Under the pieces are notes generated by a model. It did not search any database, was not told where the DNA came from, and saw only the letters and a list, made by a program, of their open reading frames with translations. The translations under genes were made by a program, and so were the position numbers. A stretch of DNA of 64,000 nt from Fimbriimonadia bacterium (lineage in GTDB: Bacteria > Armatimonadota > Fimbriimonadia > Fimbriimonadales > JABRVX01): NCBI GenBank assembly GCA_041483895.1, contig JBGPGO010000003.1:64001-128000 (forward strand), given 5' to 3'. Below are positions 1 to 9,856 of this stretch, piece after piece (the stretch's first letter is position 1; every line of letters begins with the position of its first letter).

Positions 1-311
1 GCAAAGAACCAACCTCGATGTCGCATCTTCGGTTCGTTGAAATCAAAACGAAAGTACTGTTCGACTTTTTCATCGCCATGTTTCCGAACGTAGCGCCGAT
101 GATTGATCGCGCCGATCGGAACGATCACAAGGCCCAGGAACAGGAGGAAGGGAACCGCAACATACACGATCAGGTTTGTGTAGGGGTTCTCAAACAGCCC
201 AGCGATGTCAACGCCGACGAGGAGAATGAACATCGTGCCGCTTGCGAAGACAAGGACGGCGCCGAAGGCGGTGGTGCGGTTTCGTCCAAAAACGGAGAAC
301 AGTTCCCTCAT
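1..311 (-). CDS. Membrane-anchored NapC/NirT-like cytochrome c, N-terminal part (runs off the window edge)
   Basis: My translation from ATG 311 (GGAGG upstream): MRELFSVFGRNRTTAFGAVLVF...NPYTNLIVYVAVPFLLFLGLVIVPIG...FDFNEPKMRHRGWFF. Hydrophobic helices plus NPY and DFN-P motifs resemble NapC/NirT N-termini. Heme motifs are not visible in the window. Confidence 0.6.
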   Translation of the reverse strand, partial: MRELFSVFGRNRTTAFGAVLVFASGTMFILLVGVDIAGLFENPYTNLIVYVAVPFLLFLGLVIVPIGAINHRRYVRKHGDEKVEQYFRFDFNEPKMRHRGWFF

Positions 312-385
312 GCTCACCTCCGTGTGCGCGAAGTTGGGTTAACTACGCGCTATGGTACCCGGCAATTCACATCAAATTTCGGGCC

Positions 386-1051
386 TCACGGCCGATAGGT
401 GACGGTTAGGAGCCGTTCCAATTTAAGGAACTTCGCGTGGCCGTCCTCGAAGCTCATTTGGATGCCGAAGTTGTGGCGGTCGATGCAGAGCCTGTCGATG
501 CCCCAGCTATAGGTCTCGCCTTTACTGCGTCCAAGCGTCGTATCGATCGTGTCGGGGCACACATGTCCGTCATCGGCCGATCCCACCCACGTATCGATCC
601 AGTTGGAATCGGCGATCAGCATGGTCTGGGACGGCTCTTTGACTTTCGTTAACTGGCCAAGGTAGTTGACGTAAAGCCACCCATTGAACGCGTAGCTGCC
701 ATAGAAACCGTACCAGTTCCAAGCGCTCGTCGCGGAACCGTACACAAAATTGGTCCAAGGCTGGGTGTATTTCATCGCGTCCGGGCAAAGGTGGACGGGC
801 TTGTTCTTGATATAGGTCTCCCACATGTGGGGCCATAGCTTCAGGTGGCCGTAGTCGGTGGAACCGTACTTGTTGCCGTTGTCGTCCGCATACATCCGGC
901 CGCCGATGCTGAGCTGCTTGAGGTTGCTGATGCAGGAGGCCTTCTTGCCCTGCTCTCTTGCGCGGGCGAAGACGGGGAACAGAATCGCCGCCAAGATCGC
1001 GATGATGGCGATCACGACGAGCAGTTCGATGAGAGTAAATCCACGCCGCAT
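386..1051 (-). CDS. Prepilin-type N-terminal cleavage/methylation protein (DUF1559, H-X9-DG motif)
   Basis: [30 protein letters not shown]...CISNLKQL at the N-terminus; C-terminal [13 protein letters not shown]. Confidence 0.93.
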   Translation of the reverse strand: MRRGFTLIELLVVIAIIAILAAILFPVFARAREQGKKASCISNLKQLSIGGRMYADDNGNKYGSTDYGHLKLWPHMWETYIKNKPVHLCPDAMKYTQPWTNFVYGSATSAWNWYGFYGSYAFNGWLYVNYLGQLTKVKEPSQTMLIADSNWIDTWVGSADDGHVCPDTIDTTLGRSKGETYSWGIDRLCIDRHNFGIQMSFEDGHAKFLKLERLLTVTYRP

Positions 1052-1055
1052 GGGT

Positions 1056-3881
1056 TCAATTTACCACGGAATCTGTTGGAACGAACATCGCGGACCAACG
1101 CAACTCAATCTTTGCGTCCAAGAGCGCGGAAACCGTGAGAGCGATGTCTCGGGCGTCGCCTGGCGGTACCGGGATGCGCCAGCCCTGCCACGGGCAGCCC
1201 CATCCGCGTTCGCGGACAATCGGCTGCGGAGCGGCGCTATCGCATTTCGCGCCAAAGTTTCTGCCCGCGCCCCACATCGACACCGCCTTCCCGTCCCGAA
1301 CCATCTCGGCGCTGACAACCAAGATGCCGCCGTTGCGGGTTGCAGGCAGATGGCACCGAATAACAAAAGAGCGCTTGGCCGGCTTGGCGCCATTGTCGTG
1401 GTCGGCCGTCACCGGCAGCATCTCATCCGATGGCGTGACATCGAAGGCGACGCTGCCGCTCGGCTCGCTGAATGTCGTGGTCGCTTGCTGGTCACTGAAC
1501 AAGCGTCCGAGAGATGGCTTTTCGCCCTTCGGAACCAACTCCAGGAACACGACCTCCCATGGACGCAATAGGGCCTTTCCAGCGAACCCCGTCAGCTTGC
1601 CGGGCGATGGCCACCATCGATAAACATCCATCCCCTTCGCGTTCACAGGCAGTTCGACATCCTTCCACGTGCAGTTGTTCAATCCCAGAAATGTCCGCCT
1701 GCCATCAGAACAAAAATACCCGTAGGGCTGGTACTTCCATGGATCGCCCAGGATCAGCTTGGGATGCTTGAAGCAGTTCGCCCGCTCGCGCAGCAGCCCG
1801 ATGAAGGTGGCCATCTGCGCGCGTTCCTCCTTGCTGATCACATCCAAACCCGCCCAGGGCTGCGCCAACAGATTGCCTCGGCACATGTCCATGATGAACG
1901 CTTCCTGCCATCGCTCCGTGCCAATGCAGCTGTTCCATTCCCAATCAGAGAACCACGTGCCCAGGGAATCTTTCCCCATCGGCGGGATGTCCTCGCACCA
2001 TTTGCAAGACTGATCCAATCCGACAGTAACCCCGTCGCGCACGTAGAGCGATGGCTTGGAACTCGGGCTTGCGGCTTCCATAGAAAGGCCGGGATCGAAC
2101 AGCGTGTCCGCCCACAACAGCCACCACGGCGATCGCATCCCCCAATACAGCATCAGGAAGGCGTCGGGAGAGGCCCGGTCGGCGGCCTGCAGCGTGTCGA
2201 TCACTCCGTCGTGTGCGGCCCGCGCTCCGTACACCCCGCCCAGGTGGTCGTGGGCGGGATTGACGCAGACGGCATTCATGTTGTCGAACTTGAACAGCCG
2301 AACGCCATGATCGCGGATATGTGTGGTGACCATGTTCGCGAACAGGCTCTTGATCGGTTCGGTCCCGCGGCAATAGCAATACAGATCGATGGTCCCGTAT
2401 GCCGGATCCCATTCGGCGGCGGGCTGGGCGACCGGGTTTTCGCCGATGTTCCAATTCCCCTGGCTGGAATCGATCCAGAGCCCCAGCGAGCAGCCGGTCT
2501 TTTTCAGCGCGTCGGTCACTGGTGCGAACTGATGGGGAAATCGTCCGGGATCGGCCCGCACCAAATCCCCTTGCCGGTCGCACCAAAACTCCATGGATAC
2601 GATATCAAAATGTCCGCCCGTCTCCTTTTGCCACCGGTCGACTGCGGCGATCTGCGGCAGCATGGTCTGTTCGCTGCAGCCGAAGAAGTCCTCGCCCGGC
2701 CAACTGGCGAACTGCTCGTAGATGGCATAGGCCCGGTCGTGGCCGCGTTGCACCCGCCGCATCCGGCTCTCCAAATAACGAACGAACGCCTGCCGCGCCT
2801 CCCCCTTCTTGGCGACCCCGAGCACGGCATCGGACGATTTCAGCTCCCCGCCCGGTTGGATCACTTTGCCGGGGAACTCGAACAGGCGAACGCTTTTTTC
2901 TTGCCCCAAACAGAACGCGGTCGGATGCTCGACGCCGAAAAAAAACTGCCCTCCCGCGTATGCGGGAAAGCCCATGTCGCCATCCGTCACATCCATGCCC
3001 GTGGCATACTGTCCGAGTCGGATATTGAGCAGCCGGATGGGGGCGCGGCTCTTGTTGACGACCGTGATGAACTTATGGAGAACCGGCTCGCCGTTCTTCC
3101 ACCAATACCGAACGGTTGCTTCAAGCGCGGGTTGGACGCTCTTCAGTTTCACGATTGCTTCGCCCGGCGTCTTGCGGACAGATGTGACCTTTAGCGCCGG
3201 TGTGGCGAGCGGCTTACCGACCGTGACGTATTGTTCGTACAGCGCGGGATAAGCCCACTTTCCGGGCAGGGATTGGGCGTGCTCCGGATCGACCTGATCC
3301 AACTTGGGCGTCCTATACACCTCGCCGGTGGAACAGAGGGCGATTACGTTGTCGGTTCCAAACCGCAGCAGCTTGGCCGGCAGGATAAATTCCTTCGGAT
3401 CGTTCCATCGTTTCGGGGCGAGCCGGTCGCCGATCTCCGTGCCATTGACAAAGACGCGGGTTCGTCGAAAATCGAAAACGCCATAGTTGCCAATTGTCAG
3501 CGCGACTCGCTTGCCCTCCGCGCTCTTTGGCAGGAAGACGTGTGTCCGCGCCCATTCGTTGCCGGGGTCCGGCCGCCCAGGGATCGGGGTCGTACGGCCC
3601 TGCCAGCTAGCGTCGCGGAAGGCCGGGTCGGCATATTCCAGGCTCTCGTTCTCAAACCGCCAGCACCGCCAGCCGGTGATCGGGATCCGCCGCTCCGCCG
3701 TGTCGACGTCCAACTCGACCTCTGGCGAGTCGAGCTTGAGCGTCTTGCCGGTCAGGCGATTGGTCCATGCGACCGCGCTGATTCCGTGCGAAGTGTCGAG
3801 TTTGAAGCTGAACAACGGCGATGAAATCAGTATTGGTTGGCTGGTGTGGGCGGACATGGCGACAAGGATGAGCGTGAACAA
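1056..3881 (-). CDS. Large putative glycoside hydrolase (galactose-binding-like insert plus alpha-galactosidase-like barrel)
   Basis: 941-aa ORF, TTG start with [27 protein letters not shown] sugar-binding-like segment; LGLWID and LFKFD resemble GH27/GH36 cores. Directly upstream of the DUF1559 gene. Confidence 0.55.
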   Translation of the reverse strand: MFTLILVAMSAHTSQPILISSPLFSFKLDTSHGISAVAWTNRLTGKTLKLDSPEVELDVDTAERRIPITGWRCWRFENESLEYADPAFRDASWQGRTTPIPGRPDPGNEWARTHVFLPKSAEGKRVALTIGNYGVFDFRRTRVFVNGTEIGDRLAPKRWNDPKEFILPAKLLRFGTDNVIALCSTGEVYRTPKLDQVDPEHAQSLPGKWAYPALYEQYVTVGKPLATPALKVTSVRKTPGEAIVKLKSVQPALEATVRYWWKNGEPVLHKFITVVNKSRAPIRLLNIRLGQYATGMDVTDGDMGFPAYAGGQFFFGVEHPTAFCLGQEKSVRLFEFPGKVIQPGGELKSSDAVLGVAKKGEARQAFVRYLESRMRRVQRGHDRAYAIYEQFASWPGEDFFGCSEQTMLPQIAAVDRWQKETGGHFDIVSMEFWCDRQGDLVRADPGRFPHQFAPVTDALKKTGCSLGLWIDSSQGNWNIGENPVAQPAAEWDPAYGTIDLYCYCRGTEPIKSLFANMVTTHIRDHGVRLFKFDNMNAVCVNPAHDHLGGVYGARAAHDGVIDTLQAADRASPDAFLMLYWGMRSPWWLLWADTLFDPGLSMEAASPSSKPSLYVRDGVTVGLDQSCKWCEDIPPMGKDSLGTWFSDWEWNSCIGTERWQEAFIMDMCRGNLLAQPWAGLDVISKEERAQMATFIGLLRERANCFKHPKLILGDPWKYQPYGYFCSDGRRTFLGLNNCTWKDVELPVNAKGMDVYRWWPSPGKLTGFAGKALLRPWEVVFLELVPKGEKPSLGRLFSDQQATTTFSEPSGSVAFDVTPSDEMLPVTADHDNGAKPAKRSFVIRCHLPATRNGGILVVSAEMVRDGKAVSMWGAGRNFGAKCDSAAPQPIVRERGWGCPWQGWRIPVPPGDARDIALTVSALLDAKIELRWSAMFVPTDSVVN

Positions 3882-3944
3882 ATCAACCTCCTGTGCTCAC
3901 CAATTTCCGGCTGGAGGCCCCGGTTCCTCTCCTGTCTTCCTACG

Positions 3945-4520
3945 TTACGGTTCAGCCCAATATCCCGACATGGCTACGACCTGTAGATCGTACTCGTGAA
4001 GCGCAGTTACGGGATCGCTGACGAACTGGCTAGTAAACACAACCAGAACTGAATACCTCCCTGGATTTAGGATCATTCCATCGTGGGCTTCTTTCTCTCC
4101 GTAGCCAATGTCGCTAGAGATTTGATGCCAATCGCCGTTGTTGCCCATTCTATAGAACGGACTGGGGGAACACGAGACGCCTAGGTAATGCTGCGTATCT
4201 ATGACGCCGTAGTCGCTTGAAATTGGTCCAGTGCTGGTCCAGACTGGCAATCGGCCAGTTCCAGCTATCTCAAAAACCAAACGCCAGGAGCTATATAGGT
4301 TGCCATATTGATCAGTCTCATCTGCAACATGCTCCCACGTGGCCCCAGGATAGTCGAGCGTAAGCCGCCATAACTCATGTAGCCGGGGCAATGTGGCAAC
4401 TTTAAGGGCGGTAGCGTTCCCGATCTGCGCGCCCAGCGGCCTTGCGAAAAATGCCCCGACGCCAAATGCGGCGAACAAAAGCGCGGTCAAGAACAGGATA
4501 GAATGTCTTTGGGATTTCAT
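3945..4520 (-). CDS. Hypothetical exported protein
   Basis: 191-aa ORF, GGAGGT SD, signal-peptide-like N-terminus; visibly AT-richer than neighbours. Confidence 0.7.
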   Translation of the reverse strand: MKSQRHSILFLTALLFAAFGVGAFFARPLGAQIGNATALKVATLPRLHELWRLTLDYPGATWEHVADETDQYGNLYSSWRLVFEIAGTGRLPVWTSTGPISSDYGVIDTQHYLGVSCSPSPFYRMGNNGDWHQISSDIGYGEKEAHDGMILNPGRYSVLVVFTSQFVSDPVTALHEYDLQVVAMSGYWAEP

Positions 4521-4582
4521 TCTGGTTCACCTCCGCCCAGATTGTGGCAGTTGAAATTGCAATTTGTGAGGTTTTTGCGAAG

Positions 4583-4622
4583 ATGGTGGGCGGTACTGGA
4601 TTTGAACCAGTGACCCACTCGT
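4583..4622 (-). repeat. Direct repeat of the tRNA-Val 3' end (att-like)
   Basis: atggtgggcggtactggatttgaaccagtgaccc is identical to 5176-5209, followed by one mismatch and ctcgt. Confidence 0.92.
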
Positions 4623-4678
4623 AGCAAAAAGGGGTGGCTTCGCGTCGCCATTCATTCAAATTTCTCGGCGCCAACGCC

Positions 4679-4990
4679 CTAATCGTTGTTACTGCTTGTT
4701 GGAAGTGACGGTACGACATCGGTTCTTGACGCTTCAGGGGGTCCCGGACTGTCGCAGTTAGGCTCGGGTACCCGGAGCTCCTCCGGGACGTTGCGGTCAT
4801 ACCAGCCTAATACCCAATAGGCGACGAGGCCGCCAGCGACGACGCCGCCGAGATCTATGTTGCGATCGGCGCCCACCATAGCCCCTCCGATATCGAACGC
4901 TACGTCAATACAAACGAACAGAACCCCAGCGCAGAGCCGGCCACGCCAAACCCACGCACGCCTCTCAGCTTTGATCGCGTCAGGGTGCAC
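4679..4990 (-). CDS. Small hypothetical membrane protein inside the tRNA mini-island
   Basis: 3' part of ORF 4679..5221, likely GTG start at 4990; two hydrophobic segments (LCAGVLFVCIDVAF, LGGVVAGGLVAYWVLGW). Confidence 0.5.
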   Translation of the reverse strand: MHPDAIKAERRAWVWRGRLCAGVLFVCIDVAFDIGGAMVGADRNIDLGGVVAGGLVAYWVLGWYDRNVPEELRVPEPNCDSPGPPEASRTDVVPSLPTSSNND

Positions 4991-5176
4991 TGCAAATTCC
5001 AGGTGAAAGATAGACGCGTGCGGGATTCCGAGCGAATGGCAGTTGGTGAGAGCGAATGGTGGGTAGGCGTTGTGGGCCCTTGCAGTGGTCTGCGGCGATT
5101 GTGCGCACTGTCCCCCTCCCTCTCTCAAGTGATCTCTCATCTCGGGGAGAGATTCGACTTTCATTGCACCATGGAA

Positions 5177-5251
5177 TGGTGGGCGGTACTGGATTTGAAC
5201 CAGTGACCCCCTCGTTGTCAACGAGGTGCTCTACCCCTGAGCTAACCGCCC
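5177..5251 (-). tRNA. tRNA-Val(GAC)
   Basis: GGGCGGTTAGCTCAGGGGTAGAGCACCTCGTTGACAACGAGGGGGTCACTGGTTCAAATCCAGTACCGCCCACCA folds as a 75-nt cloverleaf, anticodon GAC, encoded CCA. Confidence 0.98.
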
Positions 5252-5374
5252 GCAGGCGCAATTATGGGCCGGAAAATTACAGCAGGTCAACGTTTCCCTG
5301 CAACCGAACCGAGGCAGCGGACGTATTTCCACGTACGAGGACTTTGTGGGAGTCGCATTGAGCCGGAGGCGAGG

Positions 5375-5566
5375 ATGAATAGCTTTATCAAGATAATCTT
5401 GGCGCTGATTGGGCTGTACCTTATCGGTGTTCTGGCGATCGCGGTATTCAAACTTGCGCTGGAGCTTATCATCCCGGTCCTAGTGCTTGGCGCCATCGGC
5501 TACATCATCCTCAGCCTCATTGGCGGCCGCCTCGGCGGCAACAACGACAAGTCTCTGCCGCGATAG
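5375..5566 (+). CDS. Small two-helix membrane protein
   Basis: MNSFIKIILALIGLYLIGVLAIAVFKLALELIIPVLVLGAIGYIILSLIGG; GGAGG/GAGG upstream. Confidence 0.8.
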   Translation: MNSFIKIILALIGLYLIGVLAIAVFKLALELIIPVLVLGAIGYIILSLIGGRLGGNNDKSLPR

Positions 5567-5573
5567 TCGCTCG

Positions 5574-5599
5574 CCTTCACAGTGCGACTGTGAAGGGAT
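5574..5599. repeat. Dispersed palindrome family, copy 1
   Basis: CCTTCACAGT-GCG-ACTGTGAAGG-GAT; related copies at 19237, 43474 and 49389. Confidence 0.8.
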
Positions 5600-5663
5600 T
5601 GAAACCTCGACACATCACTCGTAGCGATGCAGGAACCGCCTCACCTCGGCAGAACCTCCGATT

Positions 5664-7940
5664 ATGACCGCACTGCTGCTAGTTGCCCTATCCGCCATGT
5701 GCCTTCAACAACCCACCACCGAAACCCTGAACGTTGACGGCGACAATGTGCGCATCGTACGAGATGGGTACGGGGTTCCGCACGTCTTCGCGAGCACATG
5801 GAAGGGCCTGTTCCATGGCGACGGATACGCCATCGCCCAGGACCGGCTGTGGCAGATGGAACGCAGCCGCCGGATGGCGCTCGGCCAACTGGCCGAGATA
5901 TACGGTCCCAGTGCGGTGGAGCAGGACAAAACAGCGCGAATCGACGGCTACACGGAAGAGGAGCGAATGCGACAGTTCGCTCGCCTCGCGGAGCCTGTGC
6001 GGGTCGCGATCCAGTCCTATGTAGACGGCATCAACGAATGCATCCGCAAAGGCAAGCTCCCTGGCGAGTTCGCTCAATTCGGGGTTCAGCCGCGCCCTTG
6101 GACAATCAATGATTCCCTGTCTATCGTCCAGTTCATGAGCCGGCGCTTTGGCGTTTTCGGCGAGGGCGAGCTGCGAAACATGGCCGCCTACCTGATGCTG
6201 CAGGGAAAGCTGAAAGACAAGGCGCTAAACGCAATCAACGACATCGCCTGGATGGAGGACCCGGACTCGCCCACTTCTGTCCCCCACCGATCGACGCAGG
6301 GCTTGGTCAAGCCGGTCCCGAAGGCAGTGACCGAAAAGCACCTGGCACTACTGCCAAAGATGAGCGTTCTCGATCTGATGGACGCGATACGGCTTGCCTC
6401 AGCGGAGCCGCAAACGGTGTTTGCCGAGCAGCATGGCCTCTACACCCATTTCGGCAGCTACGCCGTCGCCGTAGACGCCAAGCACTCCCTGAGCGGTCAC
6501 AGCATGCTGCTCGGCGCGCCGCAGATGGGCTGGACCACGCCACAAATCGCCCATGAGGTCCAACTCAGCGGCGGCGGAATCAACGTTACGGGAATGGGGT
6601 TCGCCGGCGTGCCCGGAGTGTTGATCGGATTTACGCCGGATATCGCCTGGACCACCACCTCCGGCCTCGGCGACCTGGCGGATGTGTTCGTGCTGAAGCT
6701 CGATCCCACCAACCCCAAGAACTATCTCTATAAAGGCAAGAGCACGCCGTTTGAGGAGCGTCGGGAGACGATTGCCGTGAAGGGCGCGGACCCGGTGCAG
6801 ATTACCGTTCGGCGGTGCGTGTACGGGCCGGTCCTCAAGGTTGTCGGGGGTCGAATGGCGTTCGCGCGCTGCGCCTCCTACTGGGACAAAGAGCAGGAGA
6901 ATTTCGACGGGTTTTTTGGCTTTTACAGCGCCAAGACGATGGACGATTTCGAGCGGGCGTGCGCGAAAGTGGTCGGCTCGCACAACTTCCTCTGCGCGAC
7001 CAAAGACGGCCAGATCGGCTATTGGTACACGGGCCGGTATCCCATACGGAACCCGGATCTGGACCCGCGCTTCCCGGTCCCCGGCGACGGGGAACATGAT
7101 TGGAAGGGCTTCGTGCCGTTTTCTCAGCTACCCAAGGTGCGAAATCCCGAGCAGGGCTGGCTGGGCAACTGGAACAATAAGCCGGCGCTCGGATATTCCA
7201 ATTCGGACACCCCGGTCTGGGGCGCGCTGCAGCGGTTCCAGATGGTCCAGAACTATTTCCGAGATAAGAAAACAATCTCAATGGATGATCTGCGGGGCCT
7301 GACGCCGACGATTGCGACCACCAACGCGGATGCGGAGTTCATTCTGCCTGTCCTGCTTGCGGCCAAGCCGACCCCTGCGACCGAAACGGCGTTCCGGATT
7401 TTGAAGGCGTGGAATCATCGGGAGATGGAGGGCTGCCCGGCGGCCACTATTTTCGGTACGTTCATGAACAAACTGCGCGACGAGATGTTCCTGCCGCTGC
7501 TTGGCAACTTTGGAAGCGACAGCAGCTTCCGGCAGGTGACGCAGCCGAGCTACATCTACCGGGCGCTGGTTGGGGGTCCGAATAGCATAGGGAAGGGGCT
7601 GGATTATTTCGGTGGGCGCACGCGGGATCAGGTCGTGATTGCGGCGCTGGAGAAGACGGTGACGGAGCTGACCGGCAAATACGGCCCGGATCTGTACGCC
7701 GTTCCTTACCGGGCGGGCCGAATGAGTCTAGCCCCGCTGCCGGATGTTCCGTACAACAATCGCGGGACGTTCATTCAGATTGTCGAGATGTCTGCTGCCG
7801 GCCCGCGCGGCATCAGTGTGTTGTGCCCTGGCCAGAGCGAAGACCCGCTATCCAAACACTATTCCGATCAGCGCGATTTGTCGTCGTGGTGGATCTACAA
7901 GCCGATGTTGTGGCGTGAAGAAGACCTCATCCAAAAGTAG
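5664..7940 (+). CDS. Penicillin acylase family (Ntn-hydrolase) protein
   Basis: VRIVRDGYGVPHVFA, GYAIAQDRLWQME, HFG/SYAVAV (Ser nucleophile position), NPEQGWLGNWNNKP, PGQSEDPLSKHYSDQ. Confidence 0.93.
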   Translation: MTALLLVALSAMCLQQPTTETLNVDGDNVRIVRDGYGVPHVFASTWKGLFHGDGYAIAQDRLWQMERSRRMALGQLAEIYGPSAVEQDKTARIDGYTEEERMRQFARLAEPVRVAIQSYVDGINECIRKGKLPGEFAQFGVQPRPWTINDSLSIVQFMSRRFGVFGEGELRNMAAYLMLQGKLKDKALNAINDIAWMEDPDSPTSVPHRSTQGLVKPVPKAVTEKHLALLPKMSVLDLMDAIRLASAEPQTVFAEQHGLYTHFGSYAVAVDAKHSLSGHSMLLGAPQMGWTTPQIAHEVQLSGGGINVTGMGFAGVPGVLIGFTPDIAWTTTSGLGDLADVFVLKLDPTNPKNYLYKGKSTPFEERRETIAVKGADPVQITVRRCVYGPVLKVVGGRMAFARCASYWDKEQENFDGFFGFYSAKTMDDFERACAKVVGSHNFLCATKDGQIGYWYTGRYPIRNPDLDPRFPVPGDGEHDWKGFVPFSQLPKVRNPEQGWLGNWNNKPALGYSNSDTPVWGALQRFQMVQNYFRDKKTISMDDLRGLTPTIATTNADAEFILPVLLAAKPTPATETAFRILKAWNHREMEGCPAATIFGTFMNKLRDEMFLPLLGNFGSDSSFRQVTQPSYIYRALVGGPNSIGKGLDYFGGRTRDQVVIAALEKTVTELTGKYGPDLYAVPYRAGRMSLAPLPDVPYNNRGTFIQIVEMSAAGPRGISVLCPGQSEDPLSKHYSDQRDLSSWWIYKPMLWREEDLIQK

Positions 7941-8036
7941 CCGCGGTTCCTCGTTACGACCACTGCTCGAATCGCCCGGTAGCCGCGGTTCCTCGTTCCG
8001 ACCACTTTCTCGAATGCCGACCACAAGAACCGCGTA
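7937..8036 (+). repeat. GTAG-tagged REP cluster left of the RAYT
   Basis: GTAGCCGCGGTTCCTCGTT(A/C)CGACCACT at 7937 and 7979, then GCCGACCACAAGAACCGCGTA at 8016-8036. Confidence 0.88.
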
Positions 8037-8085
8037 AACCCGGTGGAAACAGTATGAATCGGCGGGAGGTTGAATCCTCTTGGGC

Positions 8086-8571
8086 ATGGAGCGCGTGAAG
8101 GAAAAGAGACACCGCTTGCCGGCGGCCGCGTACCGAGGAGAGGTGATTGTCGCATTCACCTCCCGCATCGAAGGCGCCGCCGACGCCTTCACGGACGAGC
8201 AACTCGTCGAACGATTCAAGATGTATCTGGAAACATCCGCGAAACGATACCGATGCCTCATTCCCATCTTCTGCTTCATGACGGATCATCTGCATGTGAT
8301 CTTTGAAGGCATATCGGAGAATTCCGACGCGCGTGAGGCCATGATTCGATTCAAGCGATTGACGGGCCGGTGGTTGAGCGAATCCAACAAGGCGTTTCGT
8401 TGGCAAAAAGACTTCTACGATCACATTCTTCGTCCGGATGAGGATGTGCGCAATCAGGTGCGATATATCGCCAACAATCCTGTCCGAAAGAAGTTGGTCG
8501 ATGATTGGACCAAGTACCCGCACACCGGCAGCTTCGGGTATGACCTTCACGATTTGATTGCCTACTCGTAG
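8086..8571 (+). mobile_element. REP-associated tyrosine transposase (RAYT, Y1/HUH family)
   Basis: HRL..., FMTDHLHVI (HUH), WQKDFYDHILR, RYIANNPV (catalytic Tyr); flanked by inverted GTAG REPs. Confidence 0.93.
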
Positions 8572-8580
8572 GTCAGTTGG

Positions 8581-8679
8581 TACGCGGTTCTTGTGGTCGG
8601 CGGATCGGACAGTTATTGGAACGAGGAACCGCGGCTACGAAGGGATTCGGTCAGGGTCGGCACGAGGAACCGCGACTAC
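8581..8679 (-). repeat. GTAG-tagged REP cluster right of the RAYT (inverted relative to the left cluster)
   Basis: TACGCGGTTCTTGTGGTCGGC (8581-8601) is the exact reverse complement of 8016-8036; GAGGAACCGCG(G/A)CTAC ends at 8638 and 8679. Confidence 0.88.
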
Positions 8680-8763
8680 ATCAGAACTCAACTCAGTGGT
8701 TGCCGGGCGAACGTGGGCCTTTGGGGTTGGTAATTGGTGGGATATCGGCATGCTGGCCCGCGC

Positions 8764-9768
8764 CTACCGAGTTGATACGAAGCGCAAAATCGTGCCGAGC
8801 AGCCTCGATGGCTGTTCGTAGAACGCGAAGTGGCCGCAGTTTTCGATCATCTCGATCTGCGCGCCCTTGATTCCCGCCTTCGTCTTGTACATCTGCTCCG
8901 GTGTGATCACCCCATCGGCCTTGCCGCCAATCAAGAGGGTGGGGACGGAGATTTTTGCCAGCGTCGATGAAAGGTCCATTTCCAGATAGTTGTCGTTCTG
9001 TACCAGGGCCAGGCTGGGTTCCGAAGCCAGGTTCATCACTTCCGGCTTGAATTTGTACTTTTCCAGCTCAGCCTGCAGCTTCTTCAGCTCACCCATCATG
9101 GTGGGAGATTTGGCGTCGGCAAAGTAGAGCTGCGCCTCATTCAGCGCCAGGGAATAGGCGCCGGCCAGCCGCCGGGGATCGTTCTGCTTCAGCTTCATGA
9201 AGTCTTTGACCATGCTAAGCATCTTCGGCGCTTGGTCGCGTTCCGTCACACTTGCCGACTTTTTCCATGTGTTGAACTTGGCCTCGGCGTTGCGCAGAAT
9301 GTCGCCCGTCATCGCCGGCACGGAGGTTACCGGGCTGATGGCGACGAAGAATGTCACGCTTTCCGGGTGCTCGGCTGCGTACTTTATTCCGAGCGCGCCG
9401 CCGAAGGAATGGCTGATGACGCCCCATTGCTTGATTCCCAAATTCTTCCGCACGCCGTCGATGTCGGCAACCAGGGCTTCCATCGAGCACTTCTTAATGC
9501 CGTCGCTCGTGAGATGCTCCGATGCCCCGCAGCCGCGCTGATCCAGGTACACCATGTTGAGTGTGCCTTCCAGGTCCGCCCCGGTCGTCGCCATAAAGGG
9601 CAGCGAGGAGTAGCCGGGTCCGCCATGCAGGAAGATGGCGTAAGGGTTCGCCGGGTCCTTCCCGCGAACGTGGAAGTGGAGCTTCGCGCCGTTGATCTCG
9701 ACGTCGTACTGCTTGTCGATCGGTTCCACGGCACCGGCCAGCAGGCATAGGGCAATAAGGTGCATCAT
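8764..9768 (-). CDS. Exported alpha/beta hydrolase (proline iminopeptidase-like)
   Basis: FLHGGPG, DQRGCG, SHSFGG nucleophile elbow, GKADGV, CGHF. Confidence 0.9.
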   Translation of the reverse strand: MMHLIALCLLAGAVEPIDKQYDVEINGAKLHFHVRGKDPANPYAIFLHGGPGYSSLPFMATTGADLEGTLNMVYLDQRGCGASEHLTSDGIKKCSMEALVADIDGVRKNLGIKQWGVISHSFGGALGIKYAAEHPESVTFFVAISPVTSVPAMTGDILRNAEAKFNTWKKSASVTERDQAPKMLSMVKDFMKLKQNDPRRLAGAYSLALNEAQLYFADAKSPTMMGELKKLQAELEKYKFKPEVMNLASEPSLALVQNDNYLEMDLSSTLAKISVPTLLIGGKADGVITPEQMYKTKAGIKGAQIEMIENCGHFAFYEQPSRLLGTILRFVSTR

Positions 9769-9856
9769 ATTAGAATTATGGACATTTCTGGGAAATGGCT
9801 TGAGGTTTTGCCGCCGCTATGCGGCGCAAGCTGGGTCTGGCTGTAAAATGGCAGTG

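Noticed and set aside
18..398. 126-aa + strand ORF
   Set aside because: It is antisense to a better minus-strand membrane protein gene starting at 311.
7937..8679. CRISPR array
   Set aside because: Only two direct copies per side, inverted across a RAYT gene, with no cas genes. These are REPs.
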